Assembly (NCBI GenBank): GCA_024704765.1
Contig: JAKMXF010000210.1
Span: forward strand, 434,001 to 498,000
Direction: 5' to 3'
Length of the DNA stretch: 64,000 nt
Source of the DNA: Oopsacas minuta
Lineage: Eukaryota > Animalia > Porifera
The position numbers and the translations under genes were made by a program. Numbering within the stretch: the stretch's first letter is position 1; each line of letters begins with the position of its first letter. Shown here piece by piece: positions 31,131 through 44,356 of this stretch. The notes below the pieces were generated by a model. It searched no databases. It worked only from the letters and a program-made list of their open reading frames with translations, and was not told where the DNA came from.

Positions 31131-34100
31131 ATGTGGGTACAACCAAGTGAAGTGTTTTTCGCTCCTTTTTGGTCTGTTGAGAGAGCAAACCCTTTCTTCT
31201 CTCTACAGCACCGTGTGAGTCACAAGGAGAACGGATTTGTAGCCAAAGTACTCGGTACTCTTGACACTGTTCGTGAATCCAAACCAACTCCCTACCGTAT
31301 TCTCTTGCAGATGCGTACACAGGACTTCATGATGTCATGGGTAGTAGCTGTTGGGCACAGCAAGGAGGAGATAGATTATTATTGGAATTGGCTTGATTCT
31401 AATATGATTAGCACATTAGAAGCTTTTGATGATAATGTAGAAGCATGTAGTTTTGCTAGAGCAAAGGTTGAGAGTCTTGTCGCAGAGGAGGAATTCAGGA
31501 GATCTCCAGCTGATCCAGAGATGAAAAGATTCGACGAAGCTGAAAGGAGATTTCTAGAAACCTTCAAGATTTCTTCAGAAGAACGAGAGAGGCTTGTTAA
31601 CTACTTTTCATGTTCTCACTGGAATAGCAAATTACCCAGACACGGTTGGATGTATTTAACCCTAAACAGACTCTGTTTCAATGCCTATACATTTGGTAGT
31701 GAGCTTAATATTGTGTTAAGATGGACGGATATTAGTCATTTGGAGCATACTACATTCAGAATGATGGACGCTATAATTGTTAAGTCTGGAAAGGATAGAT
31801 TTGTATTTTGTTTTATCTCTCAACAGGGCGAGAGATGTTTCCAACAGCTACAACAACTAGCTAATGAGTGTGTACAGAGACATCTAAAGCATACAGCACT
31901 GCCTGAAGAATCACAAAATGAAGTTTCTAGACAGACAAAAAAACCTTCTGTAAGATTGCTAACTCAGAAAACCCCGATTGATAAGAGAGAAAAGTTTCTT
32001 CTTAAAAACAAACTTGACACTAAAAAACTGACTGAGGAGAAGATTAGATTTTTTAGACTGCCGAAAGAAGAGCTTCTACACGGTCATCTACGTTGTAGCT
32101 TACATAACCCTTCTAACAAGGAAGATGCTATCCATGGTTCAGTGTTCTGTTTTCAAAACTTCCTATGCTTTGAAAGTAAAGTACGAGAAAGAATGTGGAT
32201 TGTTATTCCACTGTTAGAGATATCTGTAATAGAGAAAGCTACATTTAGCACTTCTGCCTTGTACATCAACACACGCAATCAGATTTGCTATATTTTCGAT
32301 GATCTTAGCAATCAACGTGATTTTCTATGGAAATTGATATCTGATTTCTTGGCTAAAACTTCTTCAACTCATCACAATAAAGCTAGTGTTACTCCTTTCG
32401 AAATTCAGCAGCCCCTTCATATCCAGTTCCCTCCCCCTCCCTCTTATTTCCAGAGCACTTCAGAGACTGAACGCACGTTAGAAGAGAAAGAACACGCATG
32501 GGAACATCACTTCAACATGTATGGACGAGGTGTATGTATGTATCGTACACAAGAGCTCTGGGATCTGGTACATAAGGGAATTCTACAGAAATACAAGCCT
32601 GATATATGGATGATATTCTCAGGTGCTATTTTCTACCTAAACTCTAACCCAGGCTACTATGAGGAATTAGTTATGAAGAGTGATGAAACGTATTTGGATT
32701 CTTTTGAAGATATAGAGCGTGATCTACACAGATCTCTCCCAGAACATCCTGCTTTCCAGACAGACATTGGTATAGCAGCACTCCGTAGAGTCCTGAGAGC
32801 ATACGCTCTGAGGAACCCTTCTGTTGGGTACTGTCAAGCTATGAACATAGTTACCTCTATGATTCTACTGGAATGTGACGAGATACAAGCCTTCTGGCTG
32901 CTGGCTGCTCTAACAGAACGTATTCTCCCTGATTACTATAATGCTAAAGTTGTTGGTGCTTTGGTAGACCAGAGAGTGTTTGAGTGTTTAGCCGAGCAGT
33001 ATATCCCAGAGTTACATGCTAGGCTGGATAGTCTCGGAGTACTTCCTATGATAACCATGTCCTGGTTCCTAACTATATTCATTAATGCAATGCCTTACTC
33101 AAGTGCTATGAATCTCGTTGATCTGCTATTCTATGATGGATGTAAGTCATTATTCCAAATCGGTTTAGCTCTGCTGGACCTGAACAGAGCAGAAATCATG
33201 AAATGTACAGATGATGGAGAAACAATGAGTCTGCTCTCCTCTTACTTAGAGAGGATCACTAACGTGTCTAACCCCCATTCTGTAACCAGACATGGTCCGG
33301 GTCACACAGTGGGCGCTCTAGCAAATCAACCCTCAATTGACATATTAGAACTGATAGAAAGTGCGAATAATAGATTCGGACATGTAACTAATGAGATGAT
33401 AGAACAGAAACGTAATATGACTCGGATTCACGTGTTCAAGAGTTTGGAGGAATCAGCTCGTAAATCCGTTTTGAGAGGAGTTATTAATGGGACTCTATTC
33501 ACGCAGACAGAGCTAGAGCAATTGTACCAATTATTCGTAGACGGGGTCCCTGAGGACGGATTCCTCCCGATTAGCAAGACAGCAGGAGCCCCCTTCAAGG
33601 AACAGAAAGTAGACTGTACAATATTCTGTCCTCTGTTCTTATACTTGTCCGGGTGGTCAGAGAATGAGAAATCAGGAGAGTACGGGAATGAATTAGCAAT
33701 GCAAGCATTCAGACTCCTGGACACAGATATAGACGGTCATGTCTCTTTCAAAGAACTAATCTCTCTCGTATCTCTCCTGGCTAAGGGCCGGTTACAACAC
33801 AAACTAGTACTGTTATATTGTCTACACATAATGCCTGCTTTAGATTCTAACGGTCTTCCCCCTGATATACCCGATAAGATTACTACAGAAGATATAGATA
33901 CTACTGATAAAAAGGATTTGACCACTACAATTGAGAAGGAGATTAATGCCTGCCTAGAGAGGAGGAAGAGAGAAACAGATTTTTCTATTAAGTTTCTCTC
34001 TTCAAATCCTCCTAATTTAACAATGGAGCAATTCTTCCAGCTTTGTAAGACAGTACAACATCTCTCAATTATTAAGGAGGACAATGAAGAACTGTTTAGA

Positions 34101-34604
34101 GCTATTCAGGAGTTTATAGCTGGTATAATACAAGAAGGTAGAAACAATGCTGATTCCACTAACCAACAGGATAAAGAGGTCCAACAGACTAGAGAAGAGA
34201 TTCTCATAACTTCTCCCGCTAAAGATACACTACAGTTACCGACAGTAGAATCTAGTGAACAGTCCTCTCGTACATCTTCCTCAATGAATGATTTTGAGTT
34301 AGTTGATGCTACAGATATACCTCATCTTATAACCAATAACCTCTCTATAGATTTAGAGGAATTAACTTCTGGAGAAGGAGACACTCCAGAAAATCAAGTT
34401 CAACCCAAAAATCCTTCAGAAGACCTCTCTATTAATCCTCCCACTGAGACTCAGGCAGCCTCACAGACAGGGAAACAATTCACGAATCAATATTATCTTC
34501 CTCCTGACTGGTTTATAACTTTTGATCAGTTTTTAGCTCACTTTGAGCAACATGCTCCGCTTTGTGAGTTCCTCAGTGAATTGACTATAATCAGCTTACA
34601 GTAA
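31131..34604 (+). CDS. TBC1D9: TBC1D9/TBC1D8-like Rab GAP (GRAM-GRAM-TBC-EF-hand)
   Basis: MWVQP.EV..A..W..ERANPFF.LQ N-terminus; IERDLHRSLPEHPAFQ, GYCQAMNIV; EF-hand LDTDIDGHVSFKEL. Confidence 0.9.
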   Translation: MWVQPSEVFFAPFWSVERANPFFSLQHRVSHKENGFVAKVLGTLDTVRESKPTPYRILLQMRTQDFMMSWVVAVGHSKEEIDYYWNWLDSNMISTLEAFDDNVEACSFARAKVESLVAEEEFRRSPADPEMKRFDEAERRFLETFKISSEERERLVNYFSCSHWNSKLPRHGWMYLTLNRLCFNAYTFGSELNIVLRWTDISHLEHTTFRMMDAIIVKSGKDRFVFCFISQQGERCFQQLQQLANECVQRHLKHTALPEESQNEVSRQTKKPSVRLLTQKTPIDKREKFLLKNKLDTKKLTEEKIRFFRLPKEELLHGHLRCSLHNPSNKEDAIHGSVFCFQNFLCFESKVRERMWIVIPLLEISVIEKATFSTSALYINTRNQICYIFDDLSNQRDFLWKLISDFLAKTSSTHHNKASVTPFEIQQPLHIQFPPPPSYFQSTSETERTLEEKEHAWEHHFNMYGRGVCMYRTQELWDLVHKGILQKYKPDIWMIFSGAIFYLNSNPGYYEELVMKSDETYLDSFEDIERDLHRSLPEHPAFQTDIGIAALRRVLRAYALRNPSVGYCQAMNIVTSMILLECDEIQAFWLLAALTERILPDYYNAKVVGALVDQRVFECLAEQYIPELHARLDSLGVLPMITMSWFLTIFINAMPYSSAMNLVDLLFYDGCKSLFQIGLALLDLNRAEIMKCTDDGETMSLLSSYLERITNVSNPHSVTRHGPGHTVGALANQPSIDILELIESANNRFGHVTNEMIEQKRNMTRIHVFKSLEESARKSVLRGVINGTLFTQTELEQLYQLFVDGVPEDGFLPISKTAGAPFKEQKVDCTIFCPLFLYLSGWSENEKSGEYGNELAMQAFRLLDTDIDGHVSFKELISLVSLLAKGRLQHKLVLLYCLHIMPALDSNGLPPDIPDKITTEDIDTTDKKDLTTTIEKEINACLERRKRETDFSIKFLSSNPPNLTMEQFFQLCKTVQHLSIIKEDNEELFRAIQEFIAGIIQEGRNNADSTNQQDKEVQQTREEILITSPAKDTLQLPTVESSEQSSRTSSSMNDFELVDATDIPHLITNNLSIDLEELTSGEGDTPENQVQPKNPSEDLSINPPTETQAASQTGKQFTNQYYLPPDWFITFDQFLAHFEQHAPLCEFLSELTIISLQ

Positions 34605-34838
34605 TTACAATTATGTTATGTACATTCTTTATTGTATATGTATATAATGAGAATTGAAATTTCAGTGTAGCGATTGTAATTGCAGGCGTATAACAGTGCA
34701 TTTTGGATGAATGAATGAATGAATTATTTCTACCTTTGTTATATGATCATTTAGCTTACATTTATAATATGAATCCTACGTTAATATATTTATGTTGAGA
34801 ATGGCCGGATTCAACTATCTCTATTACTTGTCTAGTCG

Positions 34839-36266
34839 ATGAGGAACAATAGATATTCTAATCATTTCTACATCAAACTACTGGTAACTCTTGTTTTATT
34901 TGCATATGTATTCTTCACTCCTTGGCGATACAGTTATACAGAAGAAGAATTTATCGCAGAATTTCCTCAGATAAACTCAGATTATGTAGCAGATAATGCT
35001 AGACTGTATCAGTTAGCTGCTGAATTAAATCCATTAGTACGAAATACTGTGTATGATAATTTGAAGGAGGAAGACATTACACAAGAATTTATAATCAGTG
35101 AAGTTAAGAGAACAGCTAAAGAGAACGATATCCCTGTTCTCATTTGGTGGTCTAACTTGTACCCAGATATGACCGATTTTAAACAATGTGGAAAAAGCAC
35201 CTGTGTAGTAACTAGGGATAGAAAAATATTCAGTGATAAAGAGTTCGAAAACGTAGCAATATTGTTCTACGGTTCTAGCGTAAATTGGGATGACCTGCCT
35301 CTCCCTCGAAGTACACAGCTTTGGGGTCTATTGCACGATGAATCTTCTAAGAATAATATCGAACTCAATTTTATAGAAGTGCTAAGTTTGTTTAATTATA
35401 CTTCAACATTCAGTCGTTATTCAGATGTTCCCCTTACTACAATGTACCTACCCACATTAAATTATCTAACTGAGCCTGTCAATTACCCTCCTAGTGAAAT
35501 GCAGGAGTCACGAGGATCTGTTCTATACATCCATTCAGATTGTCAGGTACCGACATACCGTGATCTCTACACTAAAGAACTGATGAAACATATAACAGTT
35601 GATTCGTATGGAAGTTGTTTGAATAACAAAGAATTCCCTGATTACTTGAAAAGTGGCGGTAACATACTTAAATTTCAACATGAAGATCTATACAAGTTTA
35701 TACAAGGATACAAATTTACATTAGCATTTGAAAATTCTCGCTGTGATGACTATATCACTGAGAAATTATGGAGACCTCTTCATATGAGGTCAATCCCTAT
35801 CTACCATGGTGCTAGAACTGTAAAGGATTGGGTACCTGCTGAACATAGCGTAATATATGCAGAAGATTTTAATAATCCAAGAGAGCTAGCTGACTACCTC
35901 AAATATCTAGAGGCTAATGAAACTGCTTATGAAGAATATTTCAGTTATAAAGTTAAGGTTACTAACCAGAGATTAATCAATGCTATGAATGATAGAATAT
36001 GGAATTATTACAAAGATGGAATTGATTTTATTGAAGGGTTCAATTGTTTAATGTGTCAAAAGCTAGATGAGCTATCTATAGCTAAAAAGGAAAATCGAGT
36101 TATACCTCCTAGGATTGTAGATATTAAGCATTATAACTGTGAAACACCTCAGAAAAGATTAACTAAGAAATATATGGATCATTTTGACTGGTACGGAGTG
36201 TATGCAAGAGGATACAATCATGCTAAAGTAATCAGAAACCGCGTGTTGAATAACACACACTTTTGA
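34839..36266 (+). CDS. GT10 fucosyltransferase, FUT10/FUT11-like
   Basis: Type II membrane anchor; YKFTLAFENSRCDDYITEKLWRPL; HDES.KNN; SDC..P..RD.Y..ELMKHI.VDSYG.CL. Confidence 0.9.
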   Translation: MRNNRYSNHFYIKLLVTLVLFAYVFFTPWRYSYTEEEFIAEFPQINSDYVADNARLYQLAAELNPLVRNTVYDNLKEEDITQEFIISEVKRTAKENDIPVLIWWSNLYPDMTDFKQCGKSTCVVTRDRKIFSDKEFENVAILFYGSSVNWDDLPLPRSTQLWGLLHDESSKNNIELNFIEVLSLFNYTSTFSRYSDVPLTTMYLPTLNYLTEPVNYPPSEMQESRGSVLYIHSDCQVPTYRDLYTKELMKHITVDSYGSCLNNKEFPDYLKSGGNILKFQHEDLYKFIQGYKFTLAFENSRCDDYITEKLWRPLHMRSIPIYHGARTVKDWVPAEHSVIYAEDFNNPRELADYLKYLEANETAYEEYFSYKVKVTNQRLINAMNDRIWNYYKDGIDFIEGFNCLMCQKLDELSIAKKENRVIPPRIVDIKHYNCETPQKRLTKKYMDHFDWYGVYARGYNHAKVIRNRVLNNTHF

Positions 36267-36393
36267 CTCGATTTGAAATTTGGATTGGATTTTAATTTGT
36301 AATTTGGCATTATTTTAATTAATACACATATGAATGTTATTTGAATATAACTCTTATATTATTGGCTATTAATTTATAGTTTTAAGATATTTA

Positions 36394-37098
36394 ATGCGGT
36401 GTGGAGGGTATAACAATGGAATAGCTGGGGAGAGGCTACATGAAGTTTGTTATCTAGGAGATCTTAATGCTGTCAAAAAAGTTATAGAAACAGGAGTAGA
36501 CATCAATGTAGCTAATAAAGTTAATAAATGGACTCCATTACATTGGGCTGTCTCACAGAGCAATTTCCCATTAGTTGAATACCTTATTGGCGAAGGTGCT
36601 GATAGAAATATGGAAAATGATAAAGGACAGACACCAGTCCAGCTATCTACTAGCCAAGAGATTGATAACTTACTGAAATCTGAAAACGGTGTGATTGAAG
36701 AAAATGCTACTAAAACGAGCGAATTTTCTAAAGTTAACATTCGTGAAAAGCATGGATTTGTCCCTAATTTTATAGAATATCCTCATATCACATATCCTGG
36801 CAGAGAAGACGATCATTTGAATGAGTCTGTACTTATTCAGTCTAGAGAGATTTATGTCAAAGTTAGGATTGCAGAAAACGAAGAGACAGATTTCATTGAA
36901 CTAGATATTGACGTTGAGGGCATTTCATTCGAAGAATTTAGGTTCATTTTATGCCAAGAATTACAGATAAATACAAAACAGCAATCAGTAAAGAAAATAC
37001 GAAAACTTCCAAACACAATTGTTAGGAACGAGAAAGACATTAAACGTCTAAAAGAAGGGACAGAGGTAGAACTAATTTTGATTGATAATCAAGTTTAA
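36394..37098 (+). CDS. ANKRD40: Ankyrin repeat domain protein 40-like
   Basis: GVDINVANKVNKWTPLHWA; FVPNF; C-terminal DFIELD...KIRKLPNTIVRNEKDIKRL. Confidence 0.88.
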   Translation: MRCGGYNNGIAGERLHEVCYLGDLNAVKKVIETGVDINVANKVNKWTPLHWAVSQSNFPLVEYLIGEGADRNMENDKGQTPVQLSTSQEIDNLLKSENGVIEENATKTSEFSKVNIREKHGFVPNFIEYPHITYPGREDDHLNESVLIQSREIYVKVRIAENEETDFIELDIDVEGISFEEFRFILCQELQINTKQQSVKKIRKLPNTIVRNEKDIKRLKEGTEVELILIDNQV

Positions 37099-37348
37099 AT
37101 ATACTATTTCCAATTATGTTGATATTGTAATTAGTCTTGTCCAAGGGTCTTATCCACCACATGAACAAAATTGAACAATATGCCTTATATATTGCAAGTT
37201 ATACGTGTATAAGTATAGCCCATTTTAATACGAATAGTCCCTGGTATGATAACTATAATATTCATAAGGAGGAATACTATTAGTTTGTGTTATTATAATA
37301 TTATTCACAAGTTATTTTATTAACAAATAGATCTTTTGCTATAATACA

Positions 37349-38014
37349 ATGGGTACGTGTCTTATCGTGATGAAAATCTTCTTAATATGCTTCTGTGTAT
37401 TACTTTGGGGTATTGCAGCAGCTCTCTTATACGGAATCACAACATACTTTATCTCAATTAATGACCTCAGCTCATTGACTGAGGGCTCTAACTTGCTATA
37501 CACACTATTACCACTTCTGGTGATTATCGTAGTAGCTCTAGTACTGGTTGTATTAGGGGTCCTAGGTATAATTGGTGGCATAATCGGTAACAAAGCTATG
37601 CTCTCGATCTTCTCTTGTATACTTGTTATAGTGATGGTAGCACAGATAGCAGCTGGTGTGCTAGCTGTCGTATTCAGAAGTGAGGTTATAAATCATCTGA
37701 GCACTGGGCTACAGATTAATATACAGAGATATGAGAATTCTACCACTGTACGTGACGCTGTTGATTTCTTACAGTCTAGTTTACAATGTTGTGGTGTTAC
37801 TAATGTCACTGACTGGGATGAACAACCACTGCCTAATTCGTGTTGTCGTAACAATGACTGTGAAACTAATGAGCCATTCATGACAGGATGTCTCAGCAAA
37901 ATAGAGAGTACGATAATACAGTCTTCTGCTATAGCTATAGCTGTAGCAGTGGTATTAGCTCTGGTAGAGACTCTGGGTATTGTATTCGCATGTATTGTGA
38001 TGTGTTTTGACTGA
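37349..38014 (+). CDS. Tetraspanin
   Basis: Four TM segments; large extracellular loop LQCCG...PNSCC...C...GC. Confidence 0.92.
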   Translation: MGTCLIVMKIFLICFCVLLWGIAAALLYGITTYFISINDLSSLTEGSNLLYTLLPLLVIIVVALVLVVLGVLGIIGGIIGNKAMLSIFSCILVIVMVAQIAAGVLAVVFRSEVINHLSTGLQINIQRYENSTTVRDAVDFLQSSLQCCGVTNVTDWDEQPLPNSCCRNNDCETNEPFMTGCLSKIESTIIQSSAIAIAVAVVLALVETLGIVFACIVMCFD

Positions 38015-38284
38015 GCTGTACAAGCATATGTATATATTCAACTCATGGATTGTATCATACTATTTCATAAGCTAGAGCTTTTAAGTGTCTCTACGCATGT
38101 ACTATACTTTTGTAACATTCTATTAGTTCTATAACATCATGTATAATTTGTATATGTTAGTTAAAACTTGTCTTTCTTAGGAAAGTTTGTGCCATTCTAT
38201 TATCACTATGTAAATTGATAGCATGTTTTATCAGCCAGTCACCTTAACACTTTTTCTACTTGGTACGTAAACGTTAATATTGAA

Positions 38285-38374
38285 AATATTGATAATATTA
38301 ATAATATTGATAATATTAATAATATTGATAATATTAATAATATTGATAATATTAATAATATTAATAATATTGAT
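38285..38374. repeat. 9-bp AT-rich tandem repeat AATATT(G/A)AT x10
   Basis: Units mostly alternate GAT/AAT, giving an 18-bp higher-order period. Confidence 0.92.
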
Positions 38375-38557
38375 AATTTTGGGCTAAAACTATTGAAATG
38401 TACAATTCAATAATGCAAATATATTGCATAATATATGAAAATGTGGCTGTGTAAATTCTCAATTACCTATCAATTTCTTTTGGATATATGCCGGTGGCTT
38501 CGTTCTCTTACGTATCTGAAGTCTTACTTTCCTTTAGATTTGTGGCTCTGAATTTAA

Positions 38558-39826
38558 ATGATGTCCGACCTTGTAAAATGTATCGGAGAGAAGTTGGTTA
38601 GGAAAGAAGGAGAGGATCTGATTAACGTAAATACAGAATCCTTAGTTAAAGAGGGGTCACTGGTCGGACTGTACTTCTCTGCTTCTTGGTGTTCACCTTG
38701 TCAAAAATTCACTCCCGAATTAGTAAAATGGTTCACCGATCTTACATCTACGGGGAAGAAACTGGAAGGAAAGCTGGAAATAATTTTTCTAAGTTCTGAT
38801 GAGGATGAGACAAAATTTATTGAATATTTCAAAATAATGCCTTGGTATGCACTCCCTTATTCAGATCGTGATAAGAAGAAGGAAATTGCAGAAAATTTTC
38901 AAGTCAAAAATATTCCTACGTTAATTTTCCTTGATGCGAAGACAGGTGATATCCATACCAAAGACGGACGTCAGATTGTGAATAAGGATAAGGATGCTAT
39001 TGAATTCCCTTGGCTGCCTGCCCCCGATTCTATAAGCAGTTTCTTTAACGATCCTATCGTTGATAATCAAGGCAATACATTCTTACCGGATGAAGTTATA
39101 AATGGTAAATCTGTGAGTCTGTTTTTCTCAGCTCATTGGTGTCCACCTTGTAAACGCTTTACTCCTATCCTTCTTGACCTGTACCAACTTGTGAATAAGA
39201 ATGAGAAGAAGTTAGAAATTATATTCTTCAGTTTAGATAGAAATTTAGATGAGTACAATCAATATTTCGCAACTTTACCGTTTAAAGGTCTACCATTTGA
39301 CGTTAAGAAAACCAAGAAAATGGCTCGTCGCTTCTTCATAAGCGGTATCCCTGCTTTAGTGATGATGAATGATAAAATGGAAGTGCTTAATCTGAATGCA
39401 CGTACACATATTGAGCTAGATCCTACAGCCAAACTATTCCCATGGAAAGCCGGCATATTCGGTCAGATGAAGTCTACACATGATGCTGCGTATGCTATAG
39501 CTCACCCCTCTGTTATATATGCTCCTAATACTAATGAGGGAGAAATAGAGGAAGCAAAATGTATTCTACAAGAAATTCATAACAGTTTCAAGGATAGGAA
39601 CGATATTCTATTAAACTTTTTCTATTACGTGAAAGACCCTGATATAGCCATCACAGACCCATGTGAGGAGATATACCAGAAAGCTATTGGAAAGAACGGT
39701 GTTTGTATTCTATTTGATGCTAAAAACAGTTGTAAATATGTGTTTGACAAGATTGACAAGAATGACATGCGGGATAAAATACAACAGTTCCTGAGTGATG
39801 GTCTTAAAATGGAATCATTGACCTAA
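38558..39826 (+). CDS. NXN: Nucleoredoxin/tryparedoxin-like protein
   Basis: Two thioredoxin domains with FSASWCSPC and FSAHWCPPC, each followed by an FPW motif, then a third CxxC-less domain. Confidence 0.85.
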   Translation: MMSDLVKCIGEKLVRKEGEDLINVNTESLVKEGSLVGLYFSASWCSPCQKFTPELVKWFTDLTSTGKKLEGKLEIIFLSSDEDETKFIEYFKIMPWYALPYSDRDKKKEIAENFQVKNIPTLIFLDAKTGDIHTKDGRQIVNKDKDAIEFPWLPAPDSISSFFNDPIVDNQGNTFLPDEVINGKSVSLFFSAHWCPPCKRFTPILLDLYQLVNKNEKKLEIIFFSLDRNLDEYNQYFATLPFKGLPFDVKKTKKMARRFFISGIPALVMMNDKMEVLNLNARTHIELDPTAKLFPWKAGIFGQMKSTHDAAYAIAHPSVIYAPNTNEGEIEEAKCILQEIHNSFKDRNDILLNFFYYVKDPDIAITDPCEEIYQKAIGKNGVCILFDAKNSCKYVFDKIDKNDMRDKIQQFLSDGLKMESLT

Positions 39827-40317
39827 ATATTATTTGAATTTTATAGTGTGTATTGCTGTATTTTAACAATTTAGAGTATTTTCTGGGAATATTTTGGAGA
39901 TTTTGATTTCGCTGATGAATTATATACGTTTTTAATATTCTAGTCTATGGTGGGTGTTACAGGTAAGAGGTATAGGTTAAACGGCCAAGAGCTCTTGGTA
40001 AGCATGAAGATTATTTTTTGATTAGACGAGTGAAAAGGGACATACCTTGTGATTGCCCCTCCAATTGTTCCGGGATCGCGACTTATTGCAGCCCCGTGGG
40101 GAAGCTTCATTATAAGAAATGTAATTCGTAGTATGATTATAATCCTAATAATGTAATAGTATATAGAATTGTAATGTTCGCACAAGAATCTTGAGATTAT
40201 AAGCAATCTAACCATCTTAACATACTAATACAGACAAAATAATATATCCTATAGCAATACACCCAAGAAACTAAGATATAGATAGAGAGATAGATTTATA
40301 CGTATTAGAGGGTAACA

Positions 40318-41857
<1,540 letters not shown>

Positions 41858-42489
41858 TTATTCAATAAATAGTCTTGTAAGTGTGGATCAATAAAACTAT
41901 ATCTATGTGTATATGTATAGTCGAATTTATGGGACGTTTAATTCAGGACATTAAATTATATAGGCTTGAAGCCAGAATGGCTCAGGTTCAGACTGGTTTG
42001 GATCTGTCACAGAAGGACCAGATCTAACTGATGTCACCCTCAATTACATTCATTTCTAACTAAATGCAACTTCCGAACCCTGATCTGACGTAATTAATCA
42101 GTAGTAATGTCTATTAACTGATTAATACGTCAAACTTATGAATTAACTCTGAGAATAATTATGACTTAAATGATATGATAAATCGAACTGAATCATTTGA
42201 AGAAACTCACACAGATTCTTGTGTGGCTTTCAGTTGCTCCCAAATATGTTTAGGCTTAGCTGCCTATGTTCCACTAATTTGTAAAAATTTCTATTTTTTT
42301 GCAACCGTGTTATTTGTGTCTTTTCTAATTTGTAATATTAACTCTTGGCCACATTCCATGTAGACTGACACCAAATTATCAATAAATCACTTTATTTAAG
42401 AATTGCAAACTAGCTCATGTAAGCTTACGTCCATTATAAATAGTCTACTCGTACTATATTTTGCAAATCAAAATCTACCTAAACTCTTC

Positions 42490-43353
42490 ATGGCATCATA
42501 TCTTAAACTCAATACAGTGCTTGAAGGTCCTAGAAATGACCTTTTTAAACCCCCAGGATGGTCACCAGAATGGTTTTCCAGCTGGAGATCATATATTCTG
42601 AGTTTATTAAGCGATGACGTAATAATTGTCCCTAACGATAAAAGCTATGATTTTCCCAAATTGAATTTACATATGAGACATGTGCTTGAAATTCTTGCTG
42701 CCTGTATTAAACTTCCTCCCAGTGAGCATGTATTTGACGAGTTGATCAAAGAGCATATCAAAGGGATCGCTGAAGCCTGTTCCATGGATCTGGAAAACAC
42801 CGACAAACTCCTAAAGAATTTTCAAATATTTTTATGTGAATTTACAAAACGGCATGAATATACCTTGCATTCTTGTATCGAATCAATCGTCCTTAACAAT
42901 GATTCCACTAGCTTGTTTCGTGGTTCTTTGGATCATCTGCTGTTTGGCAAAATTGTTGGTGATGCACTAGGCTTGCATCCAGTATTTGGTGCTATGCTTA
43001 ACCCGACTGGTGGAATATGTGGTCCTGATAATAGCAATATCTTTCTCCGTGCTCTTGGCAAGATTCCAATGATGCGCAGACACAGTATTGTCCATGATGC
43101 ATCTGGATATCTACGCCTATACCATGGTGTTGGACCAGGATATCTTTATTTCAAAACTGGAGAAATTCGTGGGAGGGGCGTACCAACTAATGGCCATGAA
43201 CATGCTTGGCAATATCCTTGGACTGATATGAAGATGCTTGTCTGTTGGCAGGCAGGAGAACTGAAGGATATGTGTCGAACATCCTCTTTACCTGAATTAA
43301 TAACTTTTTTTATAATTCTCAGTGTTGTGATTTTATTAATAATTATGTTTTGA
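42490..43353 (+). CDS. Uncharacterised tail-anchored protein with a PLA2-like CGxxN...HD motif
   Basis: First ATG at 42490; GGICGPDN...RRHSIVHDASGY; C-terminal TM helix. Confidence 0.7.
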   Translation: MASYLKLNTVLEGPRNDLFKPPGWSPEWFSSWRSYILSLLSDDVIIVPNDKSYDFPKLNLHMRHVLEILAACIKLPPSEHVFDELIKEHIKGIAEACSMDLENTDKLLKNFQIFLCEFTKRHEYTLHSCIESIVLNNDSTSLFRGSLDHLLFGKIVGDALGLHPVFGAMLNPTGGICGPDNSNIFLRALGKIPMMRRHSIVHDASGYLRLYHGVGPGYLYFKTGEIRGRGVPTNGHEHAWQYPWTDMKMLVCWQAGELKDMCRTSSLPELITFFIILSVVILLIIMF

Positions 43354-44356
43354 TTTTCTAACTTACTTTTTTGTTGTATGTCATCATTATTATTAAGATA
43401 TCCTCCTGAATTTTAGTATATTTATTTGATATATACGCACATAAACAATTAACTAACAAATGTTACAATAAATATTATATTAACTAATTTAAGATTTGGA
43501 TTTACAGTAATTACTCTTTTAATAAGTTCATTTAATCTGATTATCTACATAACGCATTATCTTTGTAGTGATTTCCTAAACAGGTGGATAGTTCAGTTTT
43601 GTGAATTATTGAATATGATCTGCTTCTAATATAATTTTTTGTATGTTAAAGTGAGAGGAACTAAGTGTCGAAACAGATTTCATGGTCTGGCTACTCCCTA
43701 TTAGGGAGGTTCATTATTTTTGCTATGTTATTGATATCGTTATGAACTAATTTTCCTTCAGCGAACCTATTATACTATTGTTAGGGTTCACTAGTGAACT
43801 CGTGCCATATTCTTCATAAATTATCCTAGTGTGCATACGTAAACACGGTAATTCTTATTGCTAATATTCTGTAGACTTGTAAATACGGGGCACTAAGGCC
43901 TATAGGAAAAACTCATTACCGCCCGGGGTTAATTGTCCAAAAGTATTCTTATTAAAAAGGAATTAAATAAGCTGTTTATTTTCCATATTTACAAGAGACA
44001 GACAGTAATTATGTATTTCTTTATTTAGAATACACGAGGACTCATTCAAAACATATTTGCAACAAGGTATTATATTTTTAGATATATTATCAACAGCTCT
44101 CTCGTGTTTAGAACACATGACATACATAACGTCGGGATTATCTTGAATTACAACATAATAATACACAAATATTCCACAAACTAATATTTCTAAAACTGAG
44201 GCATATCCATATGTATAAAGAATTGGAAGATAGAACACCACCTCCACCTCCGCGTGACTAATATCGATGTGATTTGATTCATTTACCCTCTTATAAAAGC
44301 TTTGGCGATCTTAATAGATAAATTTTATTTATCACATAATTAGAAGCAATCTCAAT

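Noticed and set aside
38285-38374. CRISPR-like array
   Set aside because: Head-to-tail 9-bp microsatellite with no spacers, in eukaryotic DNA.
39944-40110. Spliceosomal snRNA identity (U1, U2, U4, U5, U11, U12)
   Set aside because: Only short scattered motif matches; the invariant 5' or loop sequences are missing.
43963-44310. Minus-strand open frame of about 115 codons, possibly spliced to 45540..45603 across the zinc-finger gene
   Set aside because: No ATG, no recognisable motif, and the upstream exon chain breaks at an in-frame stop.
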